A stretch of DNA of 64,000 nucleotides, from contig OZ024740.1 of NCBI GenBank assembly GCA_964016885.1, positions 266,786,001 through 266,850,000 on the forward strand, read 5' to 3'. Positions within the stretch are counted from its first letter, which is position 1. Every line of letters begins with the position of its first letter. The notes under the pieces are model-generated. The model made no database searches. It saw only the letters and a list, made by a program, of their open reading frames with translations, and was not told where the DNA came from. Both the position numbers and the translations under genes were made by a program. This stretch comes from Eledone cirrhosa. Lineage: Eukaryota. Shown in pieces: positions 27,040 to 41,327 of this stretch.

Positions 27040-29297
27040 GGAAGAAGGGAAGAACGGGGGGAGCAGGGTACATTACATAGAGACCAAGAGGGAAGCTAGG
27101 TGACAAGTATACTTAGCTAGGAGGGAAGCAGAGGATAGAAAATTCAAGCATGTTTTGCAACGTGAGGACCAGAAACAGGAGGTGTTCAAGATTGCGAGGC
27201 AGTGTGTCAGAGAGAATTGGGATGTCATTGGAGAGAAGTGTATCCGGAATGATAAAGGTGAGCTTGCCCTCACAAGTGCTGAGAAGAAAGATGCATGGAA
27301 GAGTCATTATGATAGATTACTAAATGAGGAGAATGCATGGGAAGAAGAGACCCTACCCCAAGTAGACCCTATAGAGGGGCCAGCAGTACAAGTCAGCAGC
27401 AGCGTAGTAAGTAAGGCAATCATAGATATGAAGATGGGGAAGGCAACCGGTCCATTGGGTATAGCTGCCAAGATGCTAAAGGCATCTGGGTCTGTAGGTT
27501 ACACTATAACCACACGTATTGTTAACCAGGTAATACTAGAAGGTGTCATACCAAAAGATTGGTGCAGTAGCATCATTGTCAACTGCTACAAAGGTAAAGG
27601 TGAAGCACTCAATAGAGGAAACTACAGAGGTATAAAGCTGATGGACCAGGTCATGAAAGTAACAGAAAGAGTTATAGCACAGTTGATTAGGGACCGGGTG
27701 AAACTAGATGAAATGTACCAGGAAGAGGCACCACGGATGCCCTCTTCCTTGTGAGGCAGTTACAGGAAAAGTACCTAGCTAAAAGTAAGCCACTCTACCC
27801 GGCATTCGTCGATCTCGAGAAAGCCTTTGACAGAGTTCCACGTGCTGTAATCTGGTGGGCTCTTAGAAAACTAGGAGTAGATGAATGGCTTGTGAAAGCT
27901 GTACAAGCCATGTATAGGGGAGCAGTCAGCAAAGTTAGGATTAGCAATGAGTATAGCGAGGAATTTAGCGTACAGGTTGGGGTCCACCAGGGCTCTGTTC
28001 TTAGCCCTCTCCTGTTCATCATAGTCCTGCAGGCAATAACGGAGAAGTTTAAGACCGGATGCCCATGGGAACTCCTGTATGCAGATGACCTCGCACTTAT
28101 AGCTGAATCTATGGTAGAACTAGAGAAGAAATTCCAAACTTGGAAGCAGGGACTAGAAAGAAAGGGTCTCAAAGTCAACATGACAAAGATTAAGGTACTT
28201 GTAAGTAGACGAGAAAACAGAACCCACATCCCCTCAGGGAAATGGCCTTGCTTAGTATGTAGGAAAGGTGTAGGTAGGAACTCCATTCTCTGCCCCAAAT
28301 GCAAACAATGGGTATACAAGAGATGTAGCAGGATCTCAGGAAGCTTAATTAAGAATGTAGGCTTCACATGCAGCAGCTGTACTGGGACAGCAAGCAGCAA
28401 ACAGCCACAGGAAACAAGTACCACCAATCTCTGGGAGGGCTCTGTAGAGACAGTAGACAGCTTCTGCTACCTAGGTGACCGAATTAGCAGCGGATGTGGG
28501 TGTTCAGAAAGTACAATAACTAGGTAAGAACAGGATGGAAGAAGTTCAGGGAACTCCTACCACTGCTAGCTGCAAAAGGCTTCTCCCTCAAAATGAAAGG
28601 CAGACTGTATGATATGCGTGTATCCGAACAGCAATGTTACATGGTAGTGAGACCTGGGCGCTGAAGGTGGAAGACTTACGTAGATTAGAGAGAAACGAAG
28701 CCTGCATGCTCCAATGGATGTGTAATAGTAATATACGCGAACGAAAAGCATAAATGAATTGTGAGAGAGACTGAGCATAAGAGGAATCAAATGCTGTGTG
28801 CAGGAGAGGCGGTTGCGTTGGTATGGACATGTGATGCGTATGAAGGATGACAGCTGTATAAAAAGGTGCAGAGCACTAGAAGTCGATGGAAACCGCGGAC
28901 GAAGATGACTTGGGATGAGGTGAAAAAAGCCGACCTTATCCAATTACACCTCTCAAAGGCGATGACATACGACCGTGACCTCTGGCGTCACGCAGTAATA
29001 CAGAGTACCCGACCTCCCATGGGTACAAGCTGAAGCATATAGACAATATGCCCCCACACCCTCCCACTGCAAGGTGGTCGTGGAGGTGTAGGCGCCACGG
29101 AAAAAGCACCCAGCACTCACTGTAAATGAGGTTGGTGTTAGGCAGGGCATCCAGCTGTAGGAATCAAGCCAAATCAGTTCCTGTATGAGCAAGGCATGGT
29201 CAGCCGACCAGACACTGCCCACAACAGGACAACCCGTCTAACCCATGCTAGCGTGGAAGAACGGACGTAAAACGGTGATGATGATGATGATGATGAC
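27040..29297 (+). mobile_element. RTE-clade LINE, 5'-truncated, with complete 3' tail
   Basis: ORFs 27155-27754 and 27751-28527 (FVDLEKAFDRV, GVHQGSVLSPLLF, LLYADDL, FCYLGD), then LRWYGHVMRM and a 3' UTR ending in (gat)n at about 29276-29297. Confidence 0.93.
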
Positions 29298-29804
29298 TCC
29301 AACATAGATGACAAGTTATGATAAGTTGATAGAATTGTGTATATTGCACCAATCAACCCAAACTGTATATATGTTTGAGGGGTTATAAATAAGATAGTTG
29401 TTTGGTGTGGTCAGACTTAACTGGCATGATTAAGTAGCTGGGTAGATAGCTGCCTTATTATTTGTGGAGGAGGGGGGGGGGGGCTTCGTGGAGATAATTA
29501 TTATCTAAATTCAACAACTGGCCTTTATCAAGGTTGGTGTTTTGGGGTTAGGGCAGGTAGTGTACACTTTCCCAAGACAACATGATATATCATTTCTGTC
29601 AGATATACACATGATGATAAATTCATGCATGTAAAAAACAGCTCACATGCACACAGGCAGTTTTATCGCCACACATATCCACAGACAAAATAACTTATCA
29701 TGGGAATGTATAGACTATCCTACATACACACTGCTGTATGAATATAACCTTTTATCAATTCATATCCCCTAGTGTATTGATCAATACAATCAGATACTCA
29801 GGTG

Positions 29805-30260
29805 TGTATTCTGACTTTGCACAATTACACCTCTCTAAGGCAATGACACAGGACTGCGAGCTCTGGTGCTATGCATTATTACAGAATACCTGCCCTCTAT
29901 TATTTTCAAGCTGAGGCTTATACCTAGTAGGCAACACCTTCCTCAACCTTCGCCCCTCTCATACACCTCTCTTTGCGGTAATCATCCCTCCCCTATTACC
30001 TATGTCCACAATTTCCTCAAGCTTTCTCCCCTCTCCCAGTCCCCCACTGTAAAGTGGTCGTGTAGGTGACATGACAAAAGTGCCCAGTCCACACTGTAAA
30101 TGTGGTTGGCATTAGGAAGGGCACCCAGCTGTAGAAACCAAGCTAAAATCTGCCCCGGGTGAGCTAAACATGGTTCTCTGACCTGATCTTCTCCCTAAGG
30201 GTCAACCCGTCCTACACATGCTAATTTGGAAGATAGATGTTTCATGACGATGATGATGAT
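29805..30260 (+). mobile_element. RTE 3' end fragment
   Basis: Reverse-complement similarity to 17632-18190; ends in (gat)n. Confidence 0.75.
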
Positions 30261-30304
30261 ATATATATATATGTATATATATGATGTGTGTATATATATG
30301 AATA

Positions 30305-30364
<60 letters not shown>

Positions 30365-30368
<4 letters not shown>

Positions 30369-33300
30369 TAAAAAAAACCCCGTATAACCGACTCCTAGAG
30401 GAGTTTGAGGACAGGATCATTACCATGGTCCGGACCATTAGATTCAGGAAACCACCGCGAAACCCTGACAGAAGTGCATTCCCGTCTGGTCTCACATCTA
30501 CTGTAAAAATGATCAGGAATAGCCCTGGCATCATCGTACCAGCCGATAAAACAGGAAACTTATATTATTTGGAGTACAAAACTTACAACAAATGGATTAC
30601 AAATGAAATAGCTAAAATATACAAAACATCAACTCGGGAAAACCTAGCACACATAAACAAACAAGCGAAAACAATAATGACAGAACTGAGCATTGATGAC
30701 AGGGCTCAACCCTACAACCCTAGGACACCGAGACTATCTATTAAAGACCATAAACCGGACTTTCAGTCAAAACTACCGGCCAGACTCATAGCCCCTCTAA
30801 ATCGGACCTAGGTAGACTAAGAAAATCAATCATTGACCGGGTTATACCTGAACTTAGAAATAGAACTAAACTCAGCCTATGGTCATGTACAAAGGAGGTA
30901 ATCGACTGGTTTTGAGGCATTGAAACTAAGTCGAATGTTCGACTAGTCCAATTGGACATTACGAACTACTACGCCACTATATCCCAAATCATCCTTAACA
31001 AGGCACTGATCTCAGCCATGAACAGATCAAGCCTCACTAGAAACGAAGTGGACATCATACTAGTAGCTAGGAAAACTTTACTAGAATTTGACGGTAAATT
31101 GTGGGAGCGACAGAATAGACCAGATAGCTTCGACATTACTATGGGATCGACTGACTCCGCATAACCGACGCCTAGAGGATCATTACCATGGTCCGGACCA
31201 TTACAGATATAGTAGGCCTATATCTCTTAAATATATTAAAAGACGAGATCCCCTCCTTGGGCGGTGGCTTATACCGTGCCCTACTCATGACCCGTGGACT
31301 CAATAATAGCCAATTAGATAGACTACACAAACGACTTAGGTATATCTTTAAGACCCAAGGATTAGCGGTAGAAATTGAACCTAACAGTACGACAGTAAAC
31401 TTTTTAGATGTCACTCTGGAATTAGACACAGGTCTCTACCGTCCATACTACAAACCTAATGAAAATCTTAAATACGTCAACAGACACTCCAACCACCCTA
31501 GGAGCATAATTAACTCAATAGTTAAAAGCGTTTCCTAGAGTGTCCACCCTGTCAGAAAATAGAACTATCTTCAACCAGCACGCGGAATACTACAACGACC
31601 CAGCTAGAACCGCAACGCCGCTAAACATAATCGGACCCTTAGAAACGAACATTGACGAGGTCGCCACACCTAGAAAAAATAATAACCTAAGACCCTCTTT
31701 AGCCGGCAGCGCAGGCAGAGTTACACACAACTGTCAAGGAGACAAAGCTATACTCTCCAACCCAATAAGGACTCTGGCTATTGCACACGTTTACGTAGTA
31801 ATAGAGACAAAAGACATAACGCCAATAGATTACTAGGAACCCCTATGACATATACGCATGACCAAAAGGCACCCACACTAACACCTAACCACAAAAACCT
31901 CACTAAACACGATAAAGCCCGAAGTTGACCTGTCACACGTTGCCACCAATATACTGGGAACTTTCTTCAGGGCTCTTGAACAATCTTTTCCACACACATA
32001 AATACCACAAGCTCTTCAATAGACACACTGTAAAATTCTCTTTCTCCACAGCACCAAATCTAGGCCACACAATATCACACACTAATAGGACAAAAATACG
32101 CAAACAATTGGTTGCTCCACAACAAACAACTACCACAACCCAGAACAAAACCACATACACAACGCAACACAACAACCAACATGCCAGCTCCACACAACAT
32201 GCCACCAACCGACAACGTGCCACCACACCGGTAACACCCAATTGCAACTGCAAAAAACGGGCAGAATGTCCACTAAACGAGGAGTGCCTCGTTAAAAACA
32301 TTGTTTACCGGTGTGATGTCAAAGCTGGCAATAAAGAGTACTCATATATAGGTGCGACCTCCACTACGTTTAAGGAGCGCTGGTATAACCATAGAAGCTC
32401 CTTTAAACACAGGCTGAAACGATCCCAAACTAGACTGGCCGATTTGATCTGGGACCTCAAGGACAGGAACATCGAATTCCAGATCATATGGTCAGTCAAA
32501 AGACACGTCGCCCAACTCCCCAGTGACAGAAACCACTGCAGGTTATGCCTGGCCGAGGCGGCTGAGATAATTAAATTAAAATCTGCCATAAACCCTAGGT
32601 CGGACATAATTATCAATTGCAGACACACCAGGTTGAACACATTTTCTGCACAAACATTCGACTGAGGGCTGTACACTAACCATGACCCAACATAATATTA
32701 ACCACCTTTGCCCTGTCTCACCGTCCCTCATCTCAGTGAATTTGTTTTATAACATGTAACCCTTTGTAAGTCCAAATTTTGTATATATCATGCCGCATCC
32801 ATCACTCCCACCAAAAGACACATCGCCATACACCCCTCATGTTAGTACCATTGTACCATACTTCAACAATCATTAACATCATTAACATCGCCAACACACA
32901 CCTTCCCTCCCTAAACAACGCTAGTGTGTGTGTCTGTGTGTAAGTATATTCATATGTACAACGCCATCTCCATTGGCTCTCCCCCTCCCTCTATCTATGT
33001 ACTACACCATCCCTACTGACACCCCCTCCCTCTATATATACACACACACACACGCATATATGTGTATATATATATGTGTATGTATGTGTGTGTATGTGTG
33101 TGTATGTGCATATATGTCAGTGTGTATACACGCATGTGTATGTATACAATGTTTTTGTCAGACTAAGTGTGTCTATGTATGTATCTCCTCATTGTATTTG
33201 ACACCACCAACACATCCACCACACCACCATAAACACCATTACCACAAACAACAACACCACACCCACATCACACACAATAATCAGCCACAAATATAGCCAA

Positions 33301-33653
33301 TCTGTCTACCGACAATCTACCACCCCCACATCACAGCCCACCTCAGCCTGCTACCGCCACCACCATCTTATCACCACAGCCACCCCCACATACACTACTG
33401 GCGAAAACATCCCTATGATCTATTCCACCAATCAAAACAATCCGTATTGACCAACATATGAACTTCTGACTTTATCATATAGCATGTATTCATTTTCTAC
33501 TAGCATTTTAAAGGGTCCGTCGAGCGGCCGATTATAGAGCCGGGTAAGATCGATACAGATCGAACCTTGAGCTGATCAGTGGCGAAACGCGCGTCACCTA
33601 CCAATAAATGTAATGAAGGAGTAACCAATCGTCCTTGTTATCTTTTCAATATA

Positions 33654-33655
<2 letters not shown>
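30365..33655 (+). mobile_element. Penelope-like element (Nematis-like; RT, Cys linker, GIY-YIG), degenerate, inserted in (TA)n
   Basis: IIVPADKTGNLY, IKDHKPDF, FDITMGSTDSA, GLYR, VNFLDVTL, SNHP, CNCKKRAECPLNEECL..IVYRC..YIGAT..FKERWYNH, CRLC, CRH. About 1 kb 3' region ending GAAACGCGCGTC..AATAAA. (TA)n on both sides. Confidence 0.9.
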
Positions 33656-33724
<69 letters not shown>

Positions 33725-35377
33725 AAATCAAAAGATGGTTAAAAGAGTTCCATGTATTTTATTATGCGCATTTCAAAAACAAATATCATGGGATGATATT
33801 TGCGTTCTCATCAGATAAAATAGGGCTTAGTAGTTCGAGCATTGGACATGCAATTGAAAGGTTGTGAGTTCAATTCTCGGACCGGGTGATATGTTGTTTC
33901 CTTGAGCAAGACACTTTATTTCACATTGCTCCAGTTTACTCAGCTGTAGAAATGAGATGATAGGACTGCAAAGAGGTCGTGGAGGTGCCACGGCAAAAAA
34001 GCACCAACCCCACACTGTAAAGTGGACGTGTAGGCGCCACGGAAAAAAAGCACTCAGCACTCACTGTAAATAAGGTTGGTGTTAGGAAGGGCATCCAGCT
34101 GTAGCAATCAACCCAGAATCAGTTCCTGTATGAGCAGGACAAGGTCAGCCGACCGGACACTGCCCACAACAGGGCAACCTGTCTAACCCATGCTAGCGTG
34201 GAAGAACGGACGTAAAACGGTGATGATGATGATGATATGTATTTATATATATGCTAGATGTATATGTATGATATATGTATATGCACACAAAAATATATAT
34301 CATGATATATATATAATCCCGCCGAGGTTAACTTTGCCTTTCATCCTTACGCGGTCGATAAAAGTACCAGTCACGCACTGGGGTCGATTTAATCGACTTT
34401 CCCCTCCCCCCAATTTACAAGCCTTGTGTCTCTATAAAAAAAACATTATCATGATATATATATGTATATATATTATGTTGGTACAACAAAACTTCCAGCC
34501 ACACTGTAAGGTGGTTGTGTAAAAGACACAGCAAAAAGCACACAGCACATACTGTAAATGTAGTTGGCGTTAGGAAGGGCATCCAACAGTAGAAACCTAG
34601 CCAGAGACAATTCTGTATGAGCCACACACAGTCACCTGATCTGACATGCCTCAAATGGGATAAACCAGTCTAACCCATGCCAGCGTGGAAGATAGATGTT
34701 AAATGATGATGAAATGGCCTGCCATTTTCCTTTGCCAAGTTAGACAGAGTATCCCCCATGAAAATGGAGCCCAATGAGATGGAAAAGCTGATAAAGCAAA
34801 TATTTCTGGTTTTTCTCTGTCTGGGGCAACCAAGAGTGTAGAATTTTACCCCCTCCTCATTCTCTGTCCCCCTCCCATATTATTTTTAAAAAGTTCTTTC
34901 TTTCCCCCAACCCTTTTTTCTGTAATTGAACGAATACGATGTAGGAAAAGTATCCAACCTTAGGCAGGGAAAAATCTATATACTTAGTTATTTAGTGGGG
35001 TTCAATTACAAATTTCCTTCAAAGTAGGGTTTTTGTGTCTCCACACACTGAGCCCAATGAATCTTCCTATTGTTCACAAGCATGTTTGGAATGCTTCTTC
35101 CAGAATTACTCCCATAGTCCAAATGATGTCATACATATATATATGTATATTTGTTTTGCAAGGTTTTTTTAATATGAAATCGTGTTATACTTGGGGGGGG
35201 GGGTCATATATCAGTATTTTTAATCGTTGGTCAAGCAATGGTAAACATTGATTGCCAGATAAATTAACGATGGAGATATAAAAGATACAGAAGCAAAATC
35301 CAACCCAAACCAAACAGTGAGTGTGTTCTGTTATTATTTCTGGCAATATTATAACAATATGACCCTCCCCAAGTATA

Positions 35378-35408
<31 letters not shown>

Positions 35409-35503
35409 CGAGTGAGACGGCCAATCTTGCCTCAAGTGGGACAATTCCCGTCTAAACCCATGCTAGCGTGGAAGATAGACGTTAAACGATGATGATGATG
35501 ATG

Positions 35504-35534
<31 letters not shown>

Positions 35535-35564
35535 TTTATATATATAATATATATATATTATATT

Positions 35565-35909
<345 letters not shown>

Positions 35910-36278
35910 CTGCAGGTAGCACATGGATAACATGTAATAAAATGAGTCCCTCATCAGTGATTTGCCGACGATCATAGATATTTCATTGCATTAAAAATCA
36001 TATACCTCACGTCGGTGCAATAATAACCAAAATAAGTTATTAGGACAATTGAAACGCGTAAAGCGAGTGAGACAGGAGAACAACAAAGAGTATAGCTAAC
36101 CGTAGGGGAAAGAAACAAGCTTCAAAATTATTCTGTTTAGCATAAGCTAGGTGAATATATGAGCGCTTTAGAAAAAAGACCTGACACGAACGATGGCCAT
36201 GTGAGAAGAGAGAAAAATATAGCTTTCGTCGTGTACAGGATGAAGCGAAGAGAAGAGAAACAGTGAGTGAGTGAAAGT

Positions 36279-36330
<52 letters not shown>

Positions 36331-36499
36331 GGGGGTGCCACGGTAAAAAAGCACCCACCACTCACTGTAAATGAGGTTGGTGTTAGGGCATCCAGTTGTA
36401 GAAATCAAGCCAGAATTAGTTCCCGTCCCACCCTTGCAAGCAGGGAACAGCGGACGTAAAATGAAATGATGATGATGATATATATATATATATATACAT

Positions 36500-36679
36500 A
36501 TAAATTAATAAAAACAATGAATAAAAACAAAGAAACAATTCCTTATATTAAAGAATTCATCATTTTACGATCGTTTCTAGGATATATATGTGTGTGTTGG
36601 TTTGTATATCATATAGATCTATGTAAACATTTTACAAACTATCAGAGGGAATATACATACCTACACATATATATGCTGT
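36500..36679 (-). mobile_element. Solo 3'-terminal fragment of the same PLE family (hammerhead truncated before CUGAAGA)
   Basis: Aligns with 44133-44311 and is flanked by (TA)n. Retains GAAACGATCGTA but lacks the 5' core. Confidence 0.75.
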
Positions 36680-36837
36680 TATATATATATATATATGTAA
36701 GTAAGTTTTGAAACAGTGAGCAGGTTTGAAATTAGGAAATAGAATAGCTTTCACCGTACTTTTCAACTAAAGAAATTTTAGTCTGATAATGGGGTTTAGA
36801 ACCGTCAGGTAAATGGGAAAAGATGAGTATTGACGTA

Positions 36838-36899
36838 CATGGGAGTCGAACCCACATCTTTGGTTATCCAGATCACTGCGCTACCATTACACCAACACA
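36838..36899 (-). other. tRNA-derived segment (SINE head or tRNA pseudogene)
   Basis: Minus strand tggtgtaatggtagc (A box) ... gggttcgactccc (B box) at tRNA-like spacing. Confidence 0.5.
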
Positions 36900-36944
36900 T
36901 CACCCACACACACATATATATATATATATATATAATATAATATA

Positions 36945-37126
<182 letters not shown>

Positions 37127-37549
37127 AACAAATGGAAACTATATTTATAAAACCATATTTATTTCATTAAACATATTTCAAGGGCCACCAGACCAAACTA
37201 TGGTGCGCTTTCATCATATAAATTATAATATAGGTTAGTTTTATAAATAAATATTGACATACCCTTAAAAAAATGCAACCATTCTGGTTGGAATCTCCTG
37301 GATAGTGGAGTTATTAGATTTATTGTTGGTTTATTATGCAAATTAATGTTGGAAAGGTTTAAAACAGTATATTTAAATTAAGCCGTTGGAATAGGGAAAA
37401 AAGAAAAGAAAGAAAAGAAAAAAAATGAAGGAAAGAAAGAAAGAGAGAAACCTGAGTATATTTTAGTAAGAGAGAATAGCGTAATTTTGAGAGAAGAGGC
37501 GCAGAAATAAATATAGTGTGGATGAATACCGTAAGATGGATAAATCAAT

Positions 37550-37741
37550 AATTGTATCTACTTTTGGCACAAGGCCAGCAATTATCCCAGTGTATTACTG
37601 GTACTTTATTTTATCGACCTCGTAAGGATGAAAGGCAAAGTTAACCTCGGCGGGATTTGAACTCATAATGGCAAGGGCCGTAACTCTATGCTGCAAAGCA
37701 TGGCATCCGACCCTCTACCGATACTGCCAATCCACCGCCCT
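37550..37741 (-). mobile_element. Full-length SINE copy with target-site duplication
   Basis: Flanked by tggataaatcaataat on both sides. Confidence 0.88.
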
Positions 37742-37933
37742 TGGATAAATCAATAATACCAACTAATAACAGATACTAATAAAAAAAAAAATATATATAT
37801 ATATATACAGTTCCTGTATGAGCAAGGCATGGTCAGCCGAGGGACACTGCCCACAACAGGAAACCCATCTAACCCATGCTAGCGTGGAAGAACGGACGTA
37901 AAACGGTGATGATGATGATGATGAATATATATA

Positions 37934-38268
37934 TCTCCTTATAATATATAACCAGCAATTTCTCTGTCTGTCTGTCCGACAGTGGAAACACGTGCGCGCG
38001 TGCGAATGTTTTTTGCGCACGTGACGCGTAGAGAGAGAGTGAGAGTGAAAGAAAGAGACAGACTACAAGAGGGGGATAGCGGGAGGGATAGAGGGGGAAT
38101 TGAGGAGTGCTACAGAAACATATATACATTTCTGTGTGTGTGTAATATATATATATATACACACACAGAAATATATATATATACACACAGAAATATATAT
38201 ACATTTCTGTGTGTGTAATATATATATATATATACACACAGAAATATATATACATTTCTGTATGTGTA

Positions 38269-38299
<31 letters not shown>

Positions 38300-38317
38300 G
38301 AAATATATATACATTTC

Positions 38318-38385
<68 letters not shown>

Positions 38386-39277
38386 AATATATATATATTT
38401 CCGTGTGTGTATATATATATATATTACACACACAGAAATGTATATATATTTCTGTGTGTATATATATATATATTACACACACAGAAATGTATATATATAT
38501 ACACACAGAAATATATATACATCCCTTAGCTACTGTACTGTATCTGTTGTTATCTCTCTCTCTCTCTCCAGCTATCCCTCTCTTTTAGTCTGTCTGTTTC
38601 TCTCACTCTCACTCTTTCTCTTTGTAACACACTAACATTCCTCCCCTCTATCGCTGTGACAAATGGGGAGAAGGAGGAGGAGGAGGAGAGAGTCACTTCG
38701 TCACTTCACCTCTGCCTTTCTTTCTCTCCCTCTCACTCCCTCATTACGTACAGACATTAGGGCGGTGGATTGGCAGAATCTGTAGAGAGTCGGACACCAT
38801 GCTTCATAGCATGGAGTTACGTCCCTTTACGGTCTGAGTTCAAATACCGCCTAGGTTAACTTTGCTTTTCATCCTCACGGGGTCGATAAAATAAAGTACC
38901 AGTAATGTACTGGGTAATTTGCTGGCCTTGTGCCAAATGTAGAAACAATTATTAGAAACATTGCTTCATTTTTACATATCTAAGCATTAGTAAAATAACT
39001 AATAATTTCAAAAGTAATTTTTCAATTCCAATTGTTATGAACAGCAAAACATTAATAATAATTTTGTTCTAAGAAATATATATACATTTCTGTGTGTGTA
39101 ATATATATATATACACACACAGAAATATCTATACATTTCTGTGTGTGTAATATATATATATATACACACACAGAAATATATATATATACACACAGAAATA
39201 TATATACATTTCTGTGTGTGTAATATATATATATATATATATACACACACAGAAATATATATACATTTCTGTGTGTG

Positions 39278-39346
<69 letters not shown>

Positions 39347-39899
39347 GAAATATATGGGCATTTCTCTGTTTGCCTGTCTGTCTGTCTGTCTGTCCTTCCC
39401 TAAAACTCAAATGTAGGTGCTACAGAAATATTACCTTCCCCTTCCTTTCTCCAATTTGGTACTACCAAGAGAAACACTGTCGCTATAGAAACATTACCTT
39501 CCCCTCTCCCCTGACTTTGGTCACTGAGGCCGAGGGAATGGCTGGTTGCTATAGAGACACCTTGCACAAGCCAGAAGTAACCAGTTCGAGGCGGTTCTCT
39601 CTTGACACCATGCCAAGGACCATTTGAAGATATATTTCCATCGTTATATCATAACGTTTATGTATCATAACGTTTATATTTCCGTCACTAATCTCTTTTT
39701 CTCCTTTTTCGTTTTAAAATATATTTATTTCAAAGATTTCACCGTATAGATAACATATATATTTATACATGCATAAAAGACACACCGAGAGACGGTGAAC
39801 ATGTGGTGCCGAAAACATTTCTCATCCAAATCTCAACAATATCAGTATATACACTAGATTTGCTAGCAGAAAACCGCCCACCGGGTGGTTTTCTGCTAG
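37934..39899 (+). mobile_element. Non-autonomous Helitron-like element with internal hairpin minisatellite and SINE insertion
   Basis: A|TC start followed by (tgtc)n. Ends in the long hairpin ctagcagaaaaccgccc-acc-gggtggttttctgCTAG. Confidence 0.6.
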
Positions 39900-41018
39900 T
39901 CTATATATATAAAACTGAGGTTGTCTGCCTGTCTGTCTACTAAAACCTTCGGCACACATCTCCTCCTTTAACCGTACGTTCAAATTTCGGTGAAATTGCT
40001 AGACTCATAGATGAAGATCCGGCGGAGACATCGGTCAAAAAAATTTTCAAATCGACCCACGCCAAGTGCAAAAATCGAATTTGTAATGTATTGATTTTTC
40101 AGTTCATATGTATAAATAGAGATGAGAGACGAGTTATTTCCCTTTTATGGCGTCATTTGCTTTTCTATTTATGTTACGTATAAATGACGCGGTGGACCGA
40201 GAAGAACAATTTCATGCAAAGACAAGACCAAGTTTATGGTGTAAATGGAGTCGTTAAACTAATATTCTATTTAAAATAACCGAATGATTTCCAGCCCCAG
40301 AGTTTAAGAATGATGTAAATAAAATTGTAAACGAAAATGACAGGTTATTAAAATAGTTGTTTCTACTTTTGGCACAAGGCCAGCAATTAACCAGTAGATT
40401 ATTGGTTCTTTATTTTATCGACCCCGAAAGGCAAAGTTAACCTCGACGGGATTTTAACTTGGCCTTAAAATAGTAAAAGTAAAGTGAAGATTTAGGCCAG
40501 TACATACGTATGCGCCGACGAACATGCGCATACATATACATACGCACACACAAATACATACACACACGCGCGCGCGCGCGCGTGTATAAACCTTATGCAT
40601 TTCTACAGTATTTTCACCAAACTTAAGACATAGGTTACTTATGTACTCCGGATGGTCATGGGCACTTTCATTTTTCCAGATATTGATTATAGCGCCTCCC
40701 GGCAGATAACCCTCTTTAACCACTTCCTTGGAGTCGACTGAAGCACTGCAGTGCAATGCAAAAAAACGTCATAACTTCTGGAGTTCGCAACCGATTTTCA
40801 CAAGACGTGACACATGAGCTACAGATGTTCTACAGATGAATGTGAACTCTCAGAATTGGCATATATTGAGTAGGGGATCTCTGGGAGCAGGAACCCCCTT
40901 TTGGAAAAAGCCGATGATTTTGTAAAAGTATAGTTTTCGAAGCAGCATTGAAGTAGTGACATAAATGGTATACATAACTGCTATTTAATACCCGAGCAAC
41001 GCCGGGTACCTCTGCTAG
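39900..41018 (+). mobile_element. Non-autonomous Helitron (family A), second copy
   Basis: Collinear and highly similar to 849-1985, with the same TC and hairpin-CTAG termini. Confidence 0.88.
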
Positions 41019-41040
41019 TATATATATATATAATCTATAT

Positions 41041-41246
41041 ATAGGAAAAAGTATGACCCCGACGGCAGAGCTCAAGCCGTTTCGACGGCTATTTCTGGAC
41101 TCTCGACGGGATTTTAACTTTGCCTTAACATTGTAAAAGTAAAGTGAAGATTTAGGCCAGCACATACGTATGCGCAGACTTCTGTAGTCCATAAATAGCC
41201 GTCGAAACGGCTTGAGCTCTGCCGTCGGGGTCATACCTTTTCCTAT
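41041..41246. repeat. 61 bp inverted repeat enclosing an 84 bp spacer copied from Helitron family A
   Basis: 41041-41101 pairs with 41186-41246. The spacer matches 40442-40515 and 1394-1468. Confidence 0.9.
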
Positions 41247-41327
41247 TCCCACTCTACTACCCTAAGTATTGAGTACTCTGGTGCGTTATGGTCCATCTGG
41301 TTCCTTACCACAATTCCTTTGTTATAA

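Noticed and set aside
35940-36070. CTGATGA (minus, about 35951-35957) and GAAACGCGTA (plus, 36051) as a hammerhead
   Set aside because: The two half-motifs are on opposite strands and I could not build stems I-III on either.
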